NCBI GenBank assembly: GCA_951406725.2 | Contig: OX597818.1 | Location: forward strand, 33,728,001-33,792,000 | DNA: 64,000 nt | Direction: 5' to 3' | From: Octopus vulgaris | Taxonomy: Eukaryota | In this document: positions 24,530 through 38,572 of the stretch, piece after piece | Position numbering within the stretch: position 1 is the stretch's first letter | How the letters are laid out: every line of letters starts with the position of its first letter | Notes under the pieces: model-generated | The model's database searches: none | What the model was told of the DNA's origin: nothing | The model's input: only the letters and a program-made list of their open reading frames with translations | Made by a program: the position numbers and the translations under genes

Positions 24530-24810
24530 TTATTGCTCTTGTTTTTCGTGAATGGTTAAATGCCCACTTCCCTGGGAGATGGATGGGTCGTCGTGGCCCG
24601 CAGGAGTGAGGAGTCCTAACTTAACACTCTGTGACTTCTTTCTATGGGGTCGGTTAAAAGAAACAAGTCTACCGAACCAAACCAAAGTCGTTGGTAGAAC
24701 TTGAAGGGTAAATACGAGAAGATATGTCTTCCATTCCACAAGAGATCCTGTTGAAATCAGTTGACGCAACTCCCGGGTGACGACATTTGTAGCCCATATC
24801 GAAAAACACA
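24530..24810 (+). pseudogene. Tc1/mariner (IS630-Tc1-mariner) transposase C-terminal remnant
   Basis: FREWLNAHFPGRWMGRRGPQE* / RSPNLTLCDFFLWGRLKE / QVYRTKP..L.EL correspond to the WP.RSPDL.P.DFFLWG.LK..VY motif; frameshifts and stops present. Confidence 0.88.
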
Positions 24811-24988
24811 TGCTAAAATGTTCCAATAACACATGAGTAAAATCCACGTATGTATATATATATATACACACACACAAGGACTGTTTGACGATTTTATACA
24901 TGTGTGTGTACGCGCGTGTGTGCGTGTGTGTGTATTTGTGTGTATGTGTGTATGTCTGTATCTGTGTGGATGTGTAATGGTGATTATA

Positions 24989-25052
<64 letters not shown>

Positions 25053-25721
25053 GAAAAGAAATGGAGCAATAAATATCAATGAGAAGTTAATCATTGGTAT
25101 TAAAAGGTCATAGTTTAATTGTAGTTCACATGCATTTACAGCTGTTTCTGTTTATTAAATCGAAGTAAATTTGCATTTATCTCGTTCCATTTAACAAACA
25201 TCGTCAGAATGATTTAGAAGAATATAAATAGGAGAAAAGAGGAAATGAAAAGAAATGGAAAAGGAAAAGGAAAAGGCAAAAGTAAAAGTAAAATGTTCGC
25301 TAAGTCTTTAGCTTACATTTTTGTGACTTGTGTTCCACGTGTTTGTATGTTTCTTCAATTAGATGAATGGATATATATATATATATATATATATTGAGGA
25401 ATCTAGACGGCCTCTACTTAAAATGAAAACTGAGATCAAGAAGTTTATTATCACTCCAAACAACTTTTGAATGATGCATCATATCTCTTCGGCAATACCT
25501 AATAATCACCAAACATCTTGCTAGAAAGAAGCTCACAGAAAATTTTCATACTTCAAAATCTCATAATCACAAATAATTTGTAAGGTTACTGGTAGACTCC
25601 CTCATCTAATCATAAATGAACTTCAAGCGTCTAGTCGCAGATACGATGTTCTGAGAAAGCGAGAAGAAATTATGCAAAATAATTGAAATCAGTAATCTAT
25701 TAAATATTAATATAATATTAG

Positions 25722-25905
25722 TTTCAAATTTTGATACAAGCTCAGCAATTTCGGGGTTCGGGGGCTAAATCAGATCGATCCCAGTGCTCAACTGGTACTT
25801 ATTTTATCGACTCCAAAATGAGGAAAAAATAAAACTGGCCTCGGCAGAATTTGAACTCAAAACGCATTTTGCCCTGCATGCTAACGATTCTGCCATCACG
25901 CCGCC
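25722..25905 (-). mobile_element. Decayed Meta-domain-like SINE
   Basis: CCCAGTGCTCAACTGGTACTTATTTTATCGAC...GAATTTGAACTC...CTAACGATTCTGCCA. Confidence 0.75.
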
Positions 25906-25926
25906 ACAGATATTAACATAATATGT

Positions 25927-26271
25927 GGGGGAGGGGAGATCCTCTTCGGTCATGAATGACCATGACATTGCACCTAGAAAGTTACCCTCCGAGGTACAAG
26001 TCCGAGCAAGTTTGTTTATGGAAATCCAGCAGTCGCCCATGCATGCCAGGCTCCTCTCTCTACACCACTGATGTTATCCAAAGGAAAGGCAAAGGCTGAT
26101 ACAGCCTGGCACCAGTGATGTCGCAAATCATTTCTACAGCTCAGTTAACTGGAGCAACGTGAAATAAAGTGTCTTGCTCAAGAACACAACTCGCAGCCCG
26201 GTCTAGGAATCGAACGCACAACCTCACAATCGTAAGCTCGATGCTCTAACCACTGAGACATGCGCCTTCAC
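25927..26271 (-). mobile_element. CORE-type tRNA SINE, 12-bp TSD
   Basis: Head GTGAAGGCGCATGTCTCAGTGGTTAGAG; CORE-like GTGTTCTTGAGCAAGACACTT; TSD AACATAATATGT at 25915-25926 and 26272-26283. Confidence 0.9.
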
Positions 26272-28514
26272 AACATAATATGTAAGCTAACTGAAAAAGA
26301 CCACGTCTGGACTGAACAACTAAGTAATCTGCAGTCACTCTATTCGGACTATAATTTCAAATTCCTAACAATAGTTATTGAAACACTTGAGCGTTTGTCT
26401 AATTGCTTCAATACCTATCGTGAGAACCGGGATTCACAAAACCCGAAAGAACACGCCTAATTGGATGATTACACCTTTAATCTATCAAAGTTACAGTCAA
26501 AAAGACCTAAAAGTACAGCGTTATATATGAGATTCACATACGCAATGCCATCAACGTCTGAGCTCATGTGTACACATGCACATACATGTGTATATGCATA
26601 TAAGTGTACATCCATACATGCTTACATACATTTATATGCACATACAACATTACTGTTTCTCTTTTAAGTATGTCCAAATTCCAGTCAAAGTGCCTTCTTT
26701 CTAGACTAAAACGACGCTTTTGTATCGGGAATATGTAAAATAAACCAAAAATAAACAGAGATACATAAACGCTAATTTGTAGATATAAGTCGTTTTATCA
26801 ATTCTTAGATGTTGATACAGTTTCTTGACGACTAACGAACTCAAACGAATTCTCTAAAAAAATAATTAAGGAAATAATAATTACTATTTATTATACGCAT
26901 TATACGTGTATTATTATATTGCAACTATATATGTTACTAATTATCGGGAGGGAAATATCAAATGCAGATGTATTCGCCAACTAATTCCTTTCATGTTGGT
27001 TTTAATTCACTTTACAGTTGTTATATTTTCTTTGTATACGTTTAACATTTGGGAATTAATACAGGAATTTCTGTGAAAGATTACAGGCAAATACACCGAC
27101 CAACATCTGGCATCGGAAGAATGATGTGCCGTCCCGACAGGTCCCCCAGATTCGTTTATATATAAAGCTTTATCTTTTTTAATATCGGAAAAAAAATATC
27201 GCACTCTAGAGAATAAAGAAAAAGAAATCCGGAAAACATCCAAGAACAACAGACCTGTAACATAGAAGTTTCATGATATTCACTCTTGACTCCTAAGCAA
27301 ACAGGTTTCTGTTTCCTGCTGAAGCTATCAGACTTCACGTAAGCTTATACTATCTTTGGGATATGAATTAAAGTCATAACATCTCACGCTTGCATCGAAT
27401 TATGGAACATTTCTGTATCCTTAAAATAAACTAATATTATTTATATACCATTTGCGAACCTGTGAAAGTGCGCAAATTTTATCGAGTAAACTGATAATTA
27501 GACAACACATAGGATCGGTGTTTTACTCAATGTAATAGAAAACAAGTGCGAAATTATAGAATTTTGCTTTCTCGTTTATCTTGATACATGTGGCTCTATT
27601 TCAGACGATATGGGAAATGTTACTGATAAAAGAACATAGAGATGCACAGTCGTACCATATCATTATATATTCTGAAAGACCACATTCCATTTCTTTCTAA
27701 ATAAATATAGACTGCTTTTGTGTTTGATATTTATAACAGGACATAGAAAATGCCATATATGTTTTGATCCGAGGAGAAATTACGGCAATTATTAGTTTTC
27801 AAAATGTTCGTGACATGTAGGGAGAAACACAACGTAATAAATCACGGCTTTTGTGGTTCTAGAGCCTGAAGCGGCGTATAAGCTAAATTTATTATCCTCA
27901 AATTGGCACAACTTTCCTCCAAATACTAGCACCAACTGCCTCAACTTCTCTAGAGGCCCGAAAACACCAGGTTGCGATGGTGAACTCTACGAAAGATTGT
28001 GTCATAGGAACAGCTTGACACCTGATGCTAGTGACAGAAATTAGAGAAACTCTTGGTCATTATACACATACACCCATCTTACGCTGACCCATTTTCCGGA
28101 ACTCATAAAATCATTTTTTGCAACGTATCAATCGTTAATAGAAGTGGTTGGCTACAGTTATATCGTAATTGATAGTAGTAAAACCATCGGTATTCTGTGA
28201 AGAGCATCCAAGGCGAAGACAGTTGTTCATTGGTTCAATCAACTGCATAGCATCGGACTGAGTTATAATTGTATCATATCAATTTAGAATTACTTAGAAA
28301 TGGAATTAGAGTTGCAGACGAGCTTACTTTCGATTATCTACAGATTCAATGACCTCAAAAAGGTCAATTTACAGTGAATATAGTAGAGTACGTATAATAG
28401 TCTTAGAATGAATCATACAGTATGTAATTTAATAAACATATTAGGGAATTTGCGTATATATCCATATAGCTATGTACAACTGTGTCCATACATACATAGA
28501 CACATACATGCATA

Positions 28515-28564
<50 letters not shown>

Positions 28565-29416
28565 TGTATATATATATATATATAGATACATACATACACA
28601 CATACACGCATATATATATTTATATATATATATATGTATATATATATATGTATGTATGTATATGTATATATATATTTGTCGTTGTATGTATATGTATACA
28701 TATACATATTTGTGTCGCCTCTATGAGCATTGAGTTGTTCGATGACCTGAACAACATACTCATTGAATTAATTTGTGAAGTGGCCTGTCAAAATCTTAGG
28801 AAATGTGTACACGAATTTAAAATCAGAAGATATAGAATATGTAAATATGTAACTGTGATAGCTGAATGCGATTGACTCAAACGAAACTATTGTGAGCATG
28901 CATTGTTGTTGTATATCATTAAAACAAACTAATGATTGCGTCCATTAGCGAGTCCGATACCGTAAGATGTTGAATTTACATATAGGAGCCGTTTGTATAT
29001 ATGCAGACAGATTGTCATATGCATAGGAGCGGGCCAAGACACACAAGAAAATACTAAACGGACTGTACGGACGAGAACATTATGGTTATATACATCTACA
29101 TAGAAATGTCAAAGAAAAGGGACACATATTCATTGTTGTACATTTATGCGTATTAATTTCGAAGCCGTATGTGTGTGAATGTATAATTAATAACGTCCCT
29201 AGATTCAGGGAATTATGAGTTACAAACGGGCCAAACCATTGTTAATCGAGAGACAAATTAAAAAGGAAGTTGTGTTAAGACAATGGAATATTAATACAGC
29301 GTCTCTCTGTCTTGTGTGTATTTGGATTGAGTTGATGCCATCTGTTACCGAGAGAAAGACTCTCCGAAGTCTATAATGTGGATTTTTCTCTCTCGCTCTC
29401 TCTCTCTCTCTTTTTC

Positions 29417-29466
<50 letters not shown>

Positions 29467-29576
29467 CATTTACATATATACCCACACACACACATATATA
29501 TATATATATGAATATATATATATATATATGTATGTATATATATATATATATATATACATATATTTTTACATACATA

Positions 29577-31277
29577 CAAAAAAAATTGAGTACATCAACA
29601 TTGAAGATGATGATATCAAACTAGCCATAGATGAGATTGACACAAACTCAGCTGCTGGACCTGATGGATTTCCAACGATCCTTCTCAAATCGTGCAAACG
29701 AGCCCTTACAAAACCGCTACAGCTTCTTTTTCAGAGCTTTCTTGCAAGTGGTAAGCTCCCAGTCAAATTGAAAAAAGGGGTAATATGTCCTATCCATAAG
29801 GGAGGTAGCAGAGCAGATGCTAAAGATTATAGGCATATCTCTCTGACCTCACACATCAGCAAAGTCATGGAACGAATAGTCCGCAAGAAACTAATCATGT
29901 TCCTTGAAGAAAATGACTTGCTGTCTGACACCCAGCATGGATTTCGACCAGGTAGAAGCTGCCTAACACAGCTCCTGCAACACTATGACTGGGAGTTAAA
30001 ACAGCTACTAAATGGCTCAAATGTGGATGTAATATATCTCGACTTTGCAAAAGCCTTCGATAAAGTCGACCACGGTATGATCTATCACAAGCTGCGTGGT
30101 CTCGGTATAGGCGGAAAACTTGGAGAGTTGCTGCACAACTTCCTAAAAGACAGAAGACAGGCAGTTGTGAGTAATGGAGCCACCTCCAAGGAAACACAAA
30201 TAACAAGCGGTGTTTCACAGGGTACTGTCTTGGGGTCACTGCTGTTCATAGTGGCCCTTTCAGATATGCCTTCAGTTGCTACGATGGCCACCCTTGCTAG
30301 CTATGCAGATGACACAAAAGTGTCCCACACAATACAAAACCCTGAAAATATTGCGCTTCTGCAACAGGAGTTGGATACAATATACAGGTGGGCTGAGGAC
30401 AACAACATGCAGTTTAATGCAGGTAAGTTCCAGGCCCTGCGCTACCTAGCACACAAAGGTAAACGACGTGCAGATTGGATACACTGGCCCAAGAAGAATT
30501 GCAATCCCTGAGTCAAAATCAGTGCGTGATCTGGGCATTGACATGAGCAATGATGCATCTTTCCAAGTGCATATTACTAATCTGGTGATAAAATGCAGAC
30601 GGCTGGCTGGATGGATTCTCCGAACTTTCAGAACAAGAGAGAAGGAGACACTGATGGTCCTCTGGAAAACATTCGTCCCCAGCCGCTTGGACTACTGCTC
30701 CCAACTATAGTCACCACACAATATAAAACTAACAGCAGAACTTCAAAGAAGCTACACAAAGAAGATCGTCTGAATGCAAAATATCAGCTACTGGGAAAGA
30801 CTGAAAGTATTAGACCTCTTCTCCCTAGAGCGGAGGCGGAAGAGATATGCGGTGATATACATCTGGAAAATCCTGGAGGGTCTTGTCCCAAACTTTGGCA
30901 TTCAAACCGCAGAACGGGGCGCCACTGTATGGTGCCAAAGATTCTAACATCCCCATCAAAATACAGGTCCAGATACTGCAACAGCTTGGGTTTCAGAGGA
31001 CCACAGCTCTTTAACATCCTCCCTAAATGCCTGAGAGATTACATAGTGTGGATATGGGTTTCTTTAAAAATAAACTGGATCCCTTTTTGTCGGGGGTCCC
31101 AGATGAACCTACCTCACGACAGGAAACGCAGATGCGGGCAACAGCATCGAACTTCCTTGTTGATCAAGTGCCACGTATCAGAGGTGGATTCACATATTAG
31201 TGTAGCTCATTCAGCGGTGGTGACCCTGCATGGCCGCGGCCTTCGGGCTAAAACATTTTTAAGGATTTAAGGATTTA
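29577..31277 (+). mobile_element. 5'-truncated CR1-group LINE (RT domain and 3' end), disrupted
   Basis: ORF 29378..30511: [54 protein letters not shown]. Continuation ...RLDYCSQL* and LERRRKRY across frameshifts and a stop; 3' (TAAGGATT)2 tail. Confidence 0.93.
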
Positions 31278-31295
31278 TACCCACACACACACACA

Positions 31296-31404
<109 letters not shown>

Positions 31405-31423
31405 GTATGTATATATATATATG

Positions 31424-31457
<34 letters not shown>

Positions 31458-31464
<7 letters not shown>

Positions 31465-31685
31465 TATTGAATTTCTAAATGTCTCAGAGAGACATAAGCG
31501 GTGGTGGAGCGATATAGTGGTCGTATACCGTCAACTCAACGTGACAGTCCCGTAAGGGAATTGCACCACCGCCATTTAGCCCTAGGAAACATCGACGTCT
31601 CTTGTCGGCTTTGACACATTTTCTGTGTCCTTATATTTGTAAAGGGGAGGCAATCACCCCCGCCAGCTGGGACTAAGCACCTGAA

Positions 31686-31690
<5 letters not shown>
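31458..31690 (-). mobile_element. Second copy of the hammerhead-bearing unit seen at 5957-6300, flanked by (TA)n
   Basis: AACGTGACAGTCCC.TAA.GGGAAT..CACCACCGC.ATTTAGCCCTAGGAA...TTGACACATTT.CTGTGTC is shared with 5981-6128. Confidence 0.85.
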
Positions 31691-31748
<58 letters not shown>

Positions 31749-31981
31749 ACACAGACACATACACATATACGTACATACTCACTTCGAAGTATCCCAGCTG
31801 AGTCAGTAATCGAACAGTCTAGTTATGGTTTAGCTGTTTAGCTGGCCGAAACTTCGAAGTCATTGTAAGTACTACACTTGTTAAAGATGATCAATTCGAA
31901 CTCTCGAAGTACTGAGTAATCCTTGAGTGAAGTGTAGCATTATGTTTATAATAATTTAACATAGAAACAAACATTTATAGT

Positions 31982-32010
31982 TATATATATATAGAGAGAG
32001 AGAGAAAGAA

Positions 32011-32060
<50 letters not shown>

Positions 32061-32788
32061 ATAGACAGATACACAGAGAGACAGACAGACAGACAGACAG
32101 ATAGACAGATACACAGACAGACATACAGATAGACAGATACACAGACAGACACACAGACAGACACACAGATACACAGACAGACAGACACACAGACACACAG
32201 ACAGACACACACACAGGCAGACACACACACACACAGACAGACACACACACAGACACAGACAGACACACACACAGGCAGACACACTCACACAGACAGACAC
32301 ACACACACACACACACACAGACAGATAGACAGACAGGCAGGCAGACAGGCAGGCAGACAGGCGGGCAGACGGGCAGACGGGCATACAGACAGACATGCAG
32401 ATAGACAGGCAGACAGACAGATATACAAGCAGACAGACAGACAGACAGACAGGCAGGCAGGCAGACAGGCAGACAGGCAGACAGACAGGCAGGCAGGCAG
32501 ACAGACAGGCAGGCAGACAGGCAGGCAGGCAGGCAAGCAGGCAGACAGACAGGCAGACATGCAGGCAGGCAGGCAGGCAGACAGACATATATGTAAAGGT
32601 AAGATCCCAGGATCTACTTCATTCCCTAATTTTGGGATATACACGCATACATACATATACACACACAAACACACACACATGTGTGTGTGTGTGTGACAGA
32701 CTATATATATATGTCTGACTGGTCGAGTTCAATTAGTAACTGGTTGCAAACTGCTACTGAAGTTAGATTGATGGGCAGAGTGATAGAT

Positions 32789-32885
<97 letters not shown>

Positions 32886-33030
32886 TAGGCAGGCAGGCAG
32901 GTAGGTAGGCACGTACGTAGGTACGTAGGTAGGTACGTAGGTAGGTAGGTAAGTAGGTAGGTACGTATGTAGGTAGGTAAGTAGGTAGGTAAGTAGGTAG
33001 GTAGGTAGGTAGGTAGGTAGGTAGGTAGAT
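31982..33030. repeat. Compound (GACA)/(CA)/(GGCA)/(GATA)/(GGTA) microsatellite field
   Basis: Direct reading. Confidence 0.93.
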
Positions 33031-33297
33031 AATGACTGTGTTAATGTATCCTTCTTTACTACTGAGTCTAGTGAGTGCCTTACAGGATAATAGATAGTTA
33101 TACGTTGTCTGTACCATTTAATTATTCATATAATATTTATATAAGAATTATCACGATAATACTATTTTGTTATTTAGTGTGTGTTTTTATTTCATTAACT
33201 GTAATTATGAAGATTTTATGCACATATTTTATTTTATATACGCTATACGATTAAGAATATGATTTATAAGTTGTATAATACTCACTACATAAATATC

Positions 33298-33715
33298 ACT
33301 TTCAAATTTTAGCTCAAGAGAAGCAATTATGGAGGAGGAAATAAGTAGAGTACATCGACCTCAGTGCTCGACGGATTCTTATTTTATCGACCCCGAAAAG
33401 GATGAAAGGCAAAATCGACCACGGCGGAATTTGATCTCAGAACGTGTAGACAGACTAAATGATGTCAGGCCTTTTTAGCTGGCGCGCTAACAATTCTGCC
33501 AGTTCACCGCCTTACTCACTGCAGAAGGCGTGAAATTTAGGGGGACAGGGATACTCGATTAGATCGATCCCAGTGTTTTCAGTGGTACTTAATTTATGGA
33601 CTCCGAAAGGATGGAAGGCAATGCCGACCTCGGTGGAACTTGAACTCAGAACGTAGCGACGGGCGAAATTCTCCTAAGCACTTTGTCCAGCGTGCTAACG
33701 ATTCTGCCAGCTTGC
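33298..33715 (-). mobile_element. Two decayed Meta-domain-like SINE copies
   Basis: TTTATCGACCCCGAAAAGGATGAAAGGCAAA and CTAACGATTCTGCCAGC motifs, each twice. Confidence 0.8.
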
Positions 33716-34243
33716 AGGGTTATTCACTGTATAACTATCATTCACAAATTATATAAACCATTTAATATTTGCGAAGGTGACAGTTTGGATGTAAACTGGA
33801 TTGTATCACAGTAAGGATTGAATTCATAACATAAGGGGAAGTAGCTGAATACCATAAGAAATGAAATTTCGCCCAGTTCTTTACAGATTATTCGACCAAC
33901 GACACTCCACCGCAGTTTGCATAAAACTTTCTACAATATGTGTTATATAAACGAGAAATCTGTTTGTTCTCGTTCAAGTAGAGGTTTGTTTACACTTGGC
34001 GAAGATTACTCTAAAGATTTTTGACATACTAAAGTGACATGTTTAATTATTAGCAGAGAAGTTATTCAATTTTTACTGCCACTCCATGGGCGGTAATATT
34101 CACACGTTTATTTCACTGCACACACACACACACACGGACGGACGGACGGACAGCACGCACACGCATGAATATATACACACAAAAGTGCAATGATATATGC
34201 ATGTACATTTATATACATGCACAAATATATATGCTATGTATGC

Positions 34244-34292
<49 letters not shown>

Positions 34293-34354
34293 TACATTTA
34301 AAAAAATGCTATATATGTTATACTGTATGAAAATACGCCTCAATGGATTTCAGC

Positions 34355-34401
<47 letters not shown>

Positions 34402-34423
34402 CCACATTAAAATATATACATGT

Positions 34424-34479
<56 letters not shown>

Positions 34480-34494
<15 letters not shown>

Positions 34495-35045
34495 AATGTG
34501 TGTCCGTCTGTCAGTGTGTTTCCCTAAAACCTGAGAACTACACAACCAATTTCATTCAAATTTTACACATGGCTTACTTAGGGTCCGGGGAGAGTCATCG
34601 GCAAAAAGATTTAACTTTTTGCCAAAGGCGAGCCCACAGTAATGACATATCTTCTCCAGTATTATTCCCTAAAACTTGAGAACTACACTACCAATTTCAT
34701 TCGAATTTTACACATAGCTTACTTAGGGTCCGGGGAGTGTCATCGGCAAAAAAAATTAACTTTTTCCTAGGGCGAGTCCATAGCAATATCATATCTTCTC
34801 CACTATTTCAGTATTACGTGCTAAAATTGAAACAAAAACATCTCTCTATTGTAATGTCAGATACTTTCACTTTAATACTGAAACTATTAAAGACGAACTA
34901 TTATATAAGAGGGATGAACCATTAACAGTGGACATCCATTTTGCTAGAAGAAAATCCGCTATGGTCTTATATGCTACACCACCGGTTTTCAATTCATATT
35001 AATCAAATTAATATTCAATTTCTCACCCATATTATTTTAAAATTA
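34480..35045 (+). mobile_element. Helitron-like 5' segment with ~145-bp tandem direct repeat
   Basis: ATATATAAACTGAGAATGTGTGTCCGTCTGTC start resembles the start at 2486; repeat units begin TTCCCTAAAAC at ~34519 and ~34665. No 3' end seen. Confidence 0.6.
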
Positions 35046-35303
35046 AATTTAAATCCAGGACCATGTGTTTTGGAACGAAGTTTGTTACCACACAGCCACA
35101 CCTGCACCTATGTATGTGTGTTTGTGTGTATGTGTAGCTGTATATGTATACATTTATTTCTATACATATATATTTGTATGTATACATGAATATGTGTAGA
35201 TGTATATATATAGATAGATGTACATGTAATATGAACGCATATATTCACACATATACATGCATAAATATATATACACATACACACATACACACACACATAC
35301 ATA

Positions 35304-35545
35304 AGTGCAGGTGTGGCTCTGTGGTAACAAACGTCGTTCCAAAACGCATGGTCCTCGGTTCAGTCCCACTGTGTCTTGTGTTTTCTGCCATAGCTTCAGA
35401 CCAACCAAATCCTTGTCAGTGGATTTTGTAGGCAGAAATTGAAATAAATCAATCGTATATATATGTATGTATATGAAAGTCTTTGTGTGTGTCTTTGTGT
35501 TTCTCCCTCATCACTGCCTCGCAACTGGTGTTCGTTTATTTACAG
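35304..35545 (+). mobile_element. Decayed CORE-type SINE with an inverted duplicate of its head at 35056-35107
   Basis: GTGCAGGTGTGGCT.TGTGGTAACAAAC.TCGTTCCAAAAC.CATGGTCCT occurs on both strands. Confidence 0.8.
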
Positions 35546-35606
35546 TATCTCATATTTTCGTTTGCCCACTCAGTTGTATCTATCAATTTATCTATATAAT
35601 ACACAC

Positions 35607-35682
<76 letters not shown>

Positions 35683-35696
35683 ATAGGTGTACATTC

Positions 35697-37376
35697 ATAT
35701 TTATTATATCAAAGACAATATATTTATGCGTTCGTGTATTACTTATACATTCGAAAACTGCTGCACCGATCATAATGAAATTTGGAACCCAAAATCGAAG
35801 TCCAGGGAGAAGGGTAATGCTGTGTGTTTCATACAATTTCATGGACCAAAATTTCTGATTGGATCCTTATGATATTTGAAACTTAGATTCAATGCAAAAG
35901 GGCGGATATAATGCAATAGGTATGGTTTGAATTTCAGATGGCTTCAAGGGGGCGGACCCCCCCCCCCCTGAACATTCATAAATTTTCGATGTTGATGAAA
36001 TTTCAAACATGGGTAATTGACACACATCAAAAAGTATTCTCAAAGTCTCCACTTCACATGAGGATTCTAAGACACCCTAATGGGGGCCTTAACTCCCAAA
36101 TTTTAGTCATTTCTTTTATGATCCAAAACTAAGTCAAAAGTACTGGATGGATCTTTATGAAATTTGGAAATTATATTCTATGCATAAGGGCCATAACCCC
36201 CATGATAATTCATATAATTATGCTGTTGAGGAAATTTTAACCATAGATATTAGATAGAAATGAAGTAATATTTATAAAATTTATTCATCTTACAAGTTAG
36301 AAAGACCCCTTCATGGGGACTTAACACCCACAATTTCGTCATTTTATCTTAGCAAAGACGAATAGTTGTACTCTTGGAAGCTGTGGGGTCATCCGAGCAT
36401 AGAAGATGAGCATTATTTGTAATTCAATGGTACAACAGTGTAACAGTTTGCTTTGCCATACACTTACATTGTGATTTCTACAACGTGCTGCAAAATTGTC
36501 AAGTAAATGAGAGGCATCTTTGCCTCCACTGATTCAGTTGCAAAGCTTTGAGTAAAGATATTTGATTGCAGATCTCCTTTCAGTCTTTTTATTATCACTG
36601 GGTCATACATATTCCCCACATGGTAACATTGATTTCAAGGCCTTCCCAGATGAGTGACTGGTTATTCAAAGGCATTTATAGATTGTATATTTATTCTGTC
36701 CAGTTACGTATCAGTATAGTGGTCATTTGCAAACTCCAGAGGTGACACTTTCATTTCCTCTTAGCCCTCACGTCACACAGTTGTTGATGTTTATTTCAGT
36801 TGGGTCACACCCTTCCAATTGCTATAGATTTGTAATGCATCTTACGGCTGTGCCTGTAACCTGGATGGCGAGGAATCCTACATTGAGAGTGGTAACGACT
36901 AGAGTAGGGACTGCTTATTGTGATCATTCATCATTTGGTTTCCTGTAGCTTTGCTCTCTTTTAAAAACCCAGTGAACATATATTTCCTATTTCAAAGAAA
37001 TTCAAACAATAGATATAAGACCCAAGTTAAAAAGATTCTCAACAATTCACCTTCTCTGGTTGACATTAAGACACCCACCCCCAACAGGGGCCTTAACTCT
37101 CACATTTCTGAGCTCAATGAGCTTCATTTTTCAGGAGTAAAATCTTTTTAACAAGTTCAATAAGACTGGAATTTTAAAATATGCGCATAAAAATCAGGAT
37201 AGGATATATGTGGCACGATTACAATATTTTGGTGGGGTGTAAAGAGGAAAATAACCCTCATCTGCAATTTTGATGAAATTCGAAACATAGATATTCCAGT
37301 TCATTAGAGAAAATATAACAGAAAAGTCTAATTCTTCAATTACATGTAACAAGGGCAACGCCGGGTATCTTTGCTA

Positions 37377-37377
<1 letters not shown>
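35697..37377 (+). mobile_element. Non-autonomous Helitron with internal repeats and non-repetitive filler
   Basis: 3' end GGGCAACGCCGGGTATCTTTGCTAG|T matches the end of 2486-2882. Repeated GAC.CC...GGGG.CTTAAC.C motifs at ~36070, ~36304 and ~37070. 5' boundary approximate. Confidence 0.7.
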
Positions 37378-37424
<47 letters not shown>

Positions 37425-38036
37425 ATATGTTATTCATGTATACATACATATATGTATGTGTGTATGTGTGTGTACATAATGGCAGACTAACAGGATTATC
37501 AATATTTATCTGTATGCGTTTACAGAGACCATAATACGCACACACACACACAAACATATTTTATGTGTGTGTATGTGTGTGTGTGTGTGTGAGTTTGTGT
37601 GTGTGTATGAGTGTGTCTGTGTGTGTGTCGCAATACACAGAGATGTAGACGTATTTTTGTGCTTGTGTGCGGGTGAAGAAAAGAGCGTATGCACCTGGCG
37701 TTTCAGTTTAGATACATACATTACTTCAATTCTCTGAATCTTTTTCGAATGTAAACACTTTAGTCTTTAATTACATATATATATATATATACATATATAA
37801 ATATATAATATATACATACATATATATAATAAATATATGCATATATATATACATATATAAATATATAATATATTCATACATATATATATAAATATATGCA
37901 TATATTTATATATATATATATACATATATACATATATATATACATACATAAATATATAATATATATATACATATATATATATAAATATATGCATATATTT
38001 ATATATATATACATACACACACACACACACACACAT

Positions 38037-38084
<48 letters not shown>

Positions 38085-38572
38085 TCATGTCCGTATGATA
38101 TTTATATGTGTGCACACAAGTATATATCCGTGTGTGAGTGTTTATATAAGTCTGCATATTTATTCGTATGTTTCTAGACAGAGATTTCTACTGTTCCCCT
38201 TACTTCCGCAGTGTTTCAACTCGTGGTGACGTCATATGGTAGGCTAAGCAAGTTAGAACGAAACGAAATTATTAATTGCTATCTGGTCATGTCTTTTCAA
38301 TGCCATTGTGAAGAGAGAAATGGCTAACATCTGGGTGGGCTCCCGACACTTTTTTTTTATCCTGATTTTAAGGAATCACATGTAGGCATTTCATTTGTAA
38401 ACTTTCACGAAATAAGTTTAGCTCAGAAATGGTAACCGCAATAATGAATTTATTACAAAATTAAGAACAAAAGAATAGTTACGACTTCAATTAACATTCA
38501 TGTAAGAGTAGCAATCATGTTGTTATTTCATCTTTCACTGTAACTTGCTCACCTTAGATCGGCCAAATCAGT

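Noticed and set aside
27100-28050. Possible DDE transposase scraps (DRSP near 27135; FPPNTS near 27915)
   Set aside because: Motifs too short and not colinear with further evidence.
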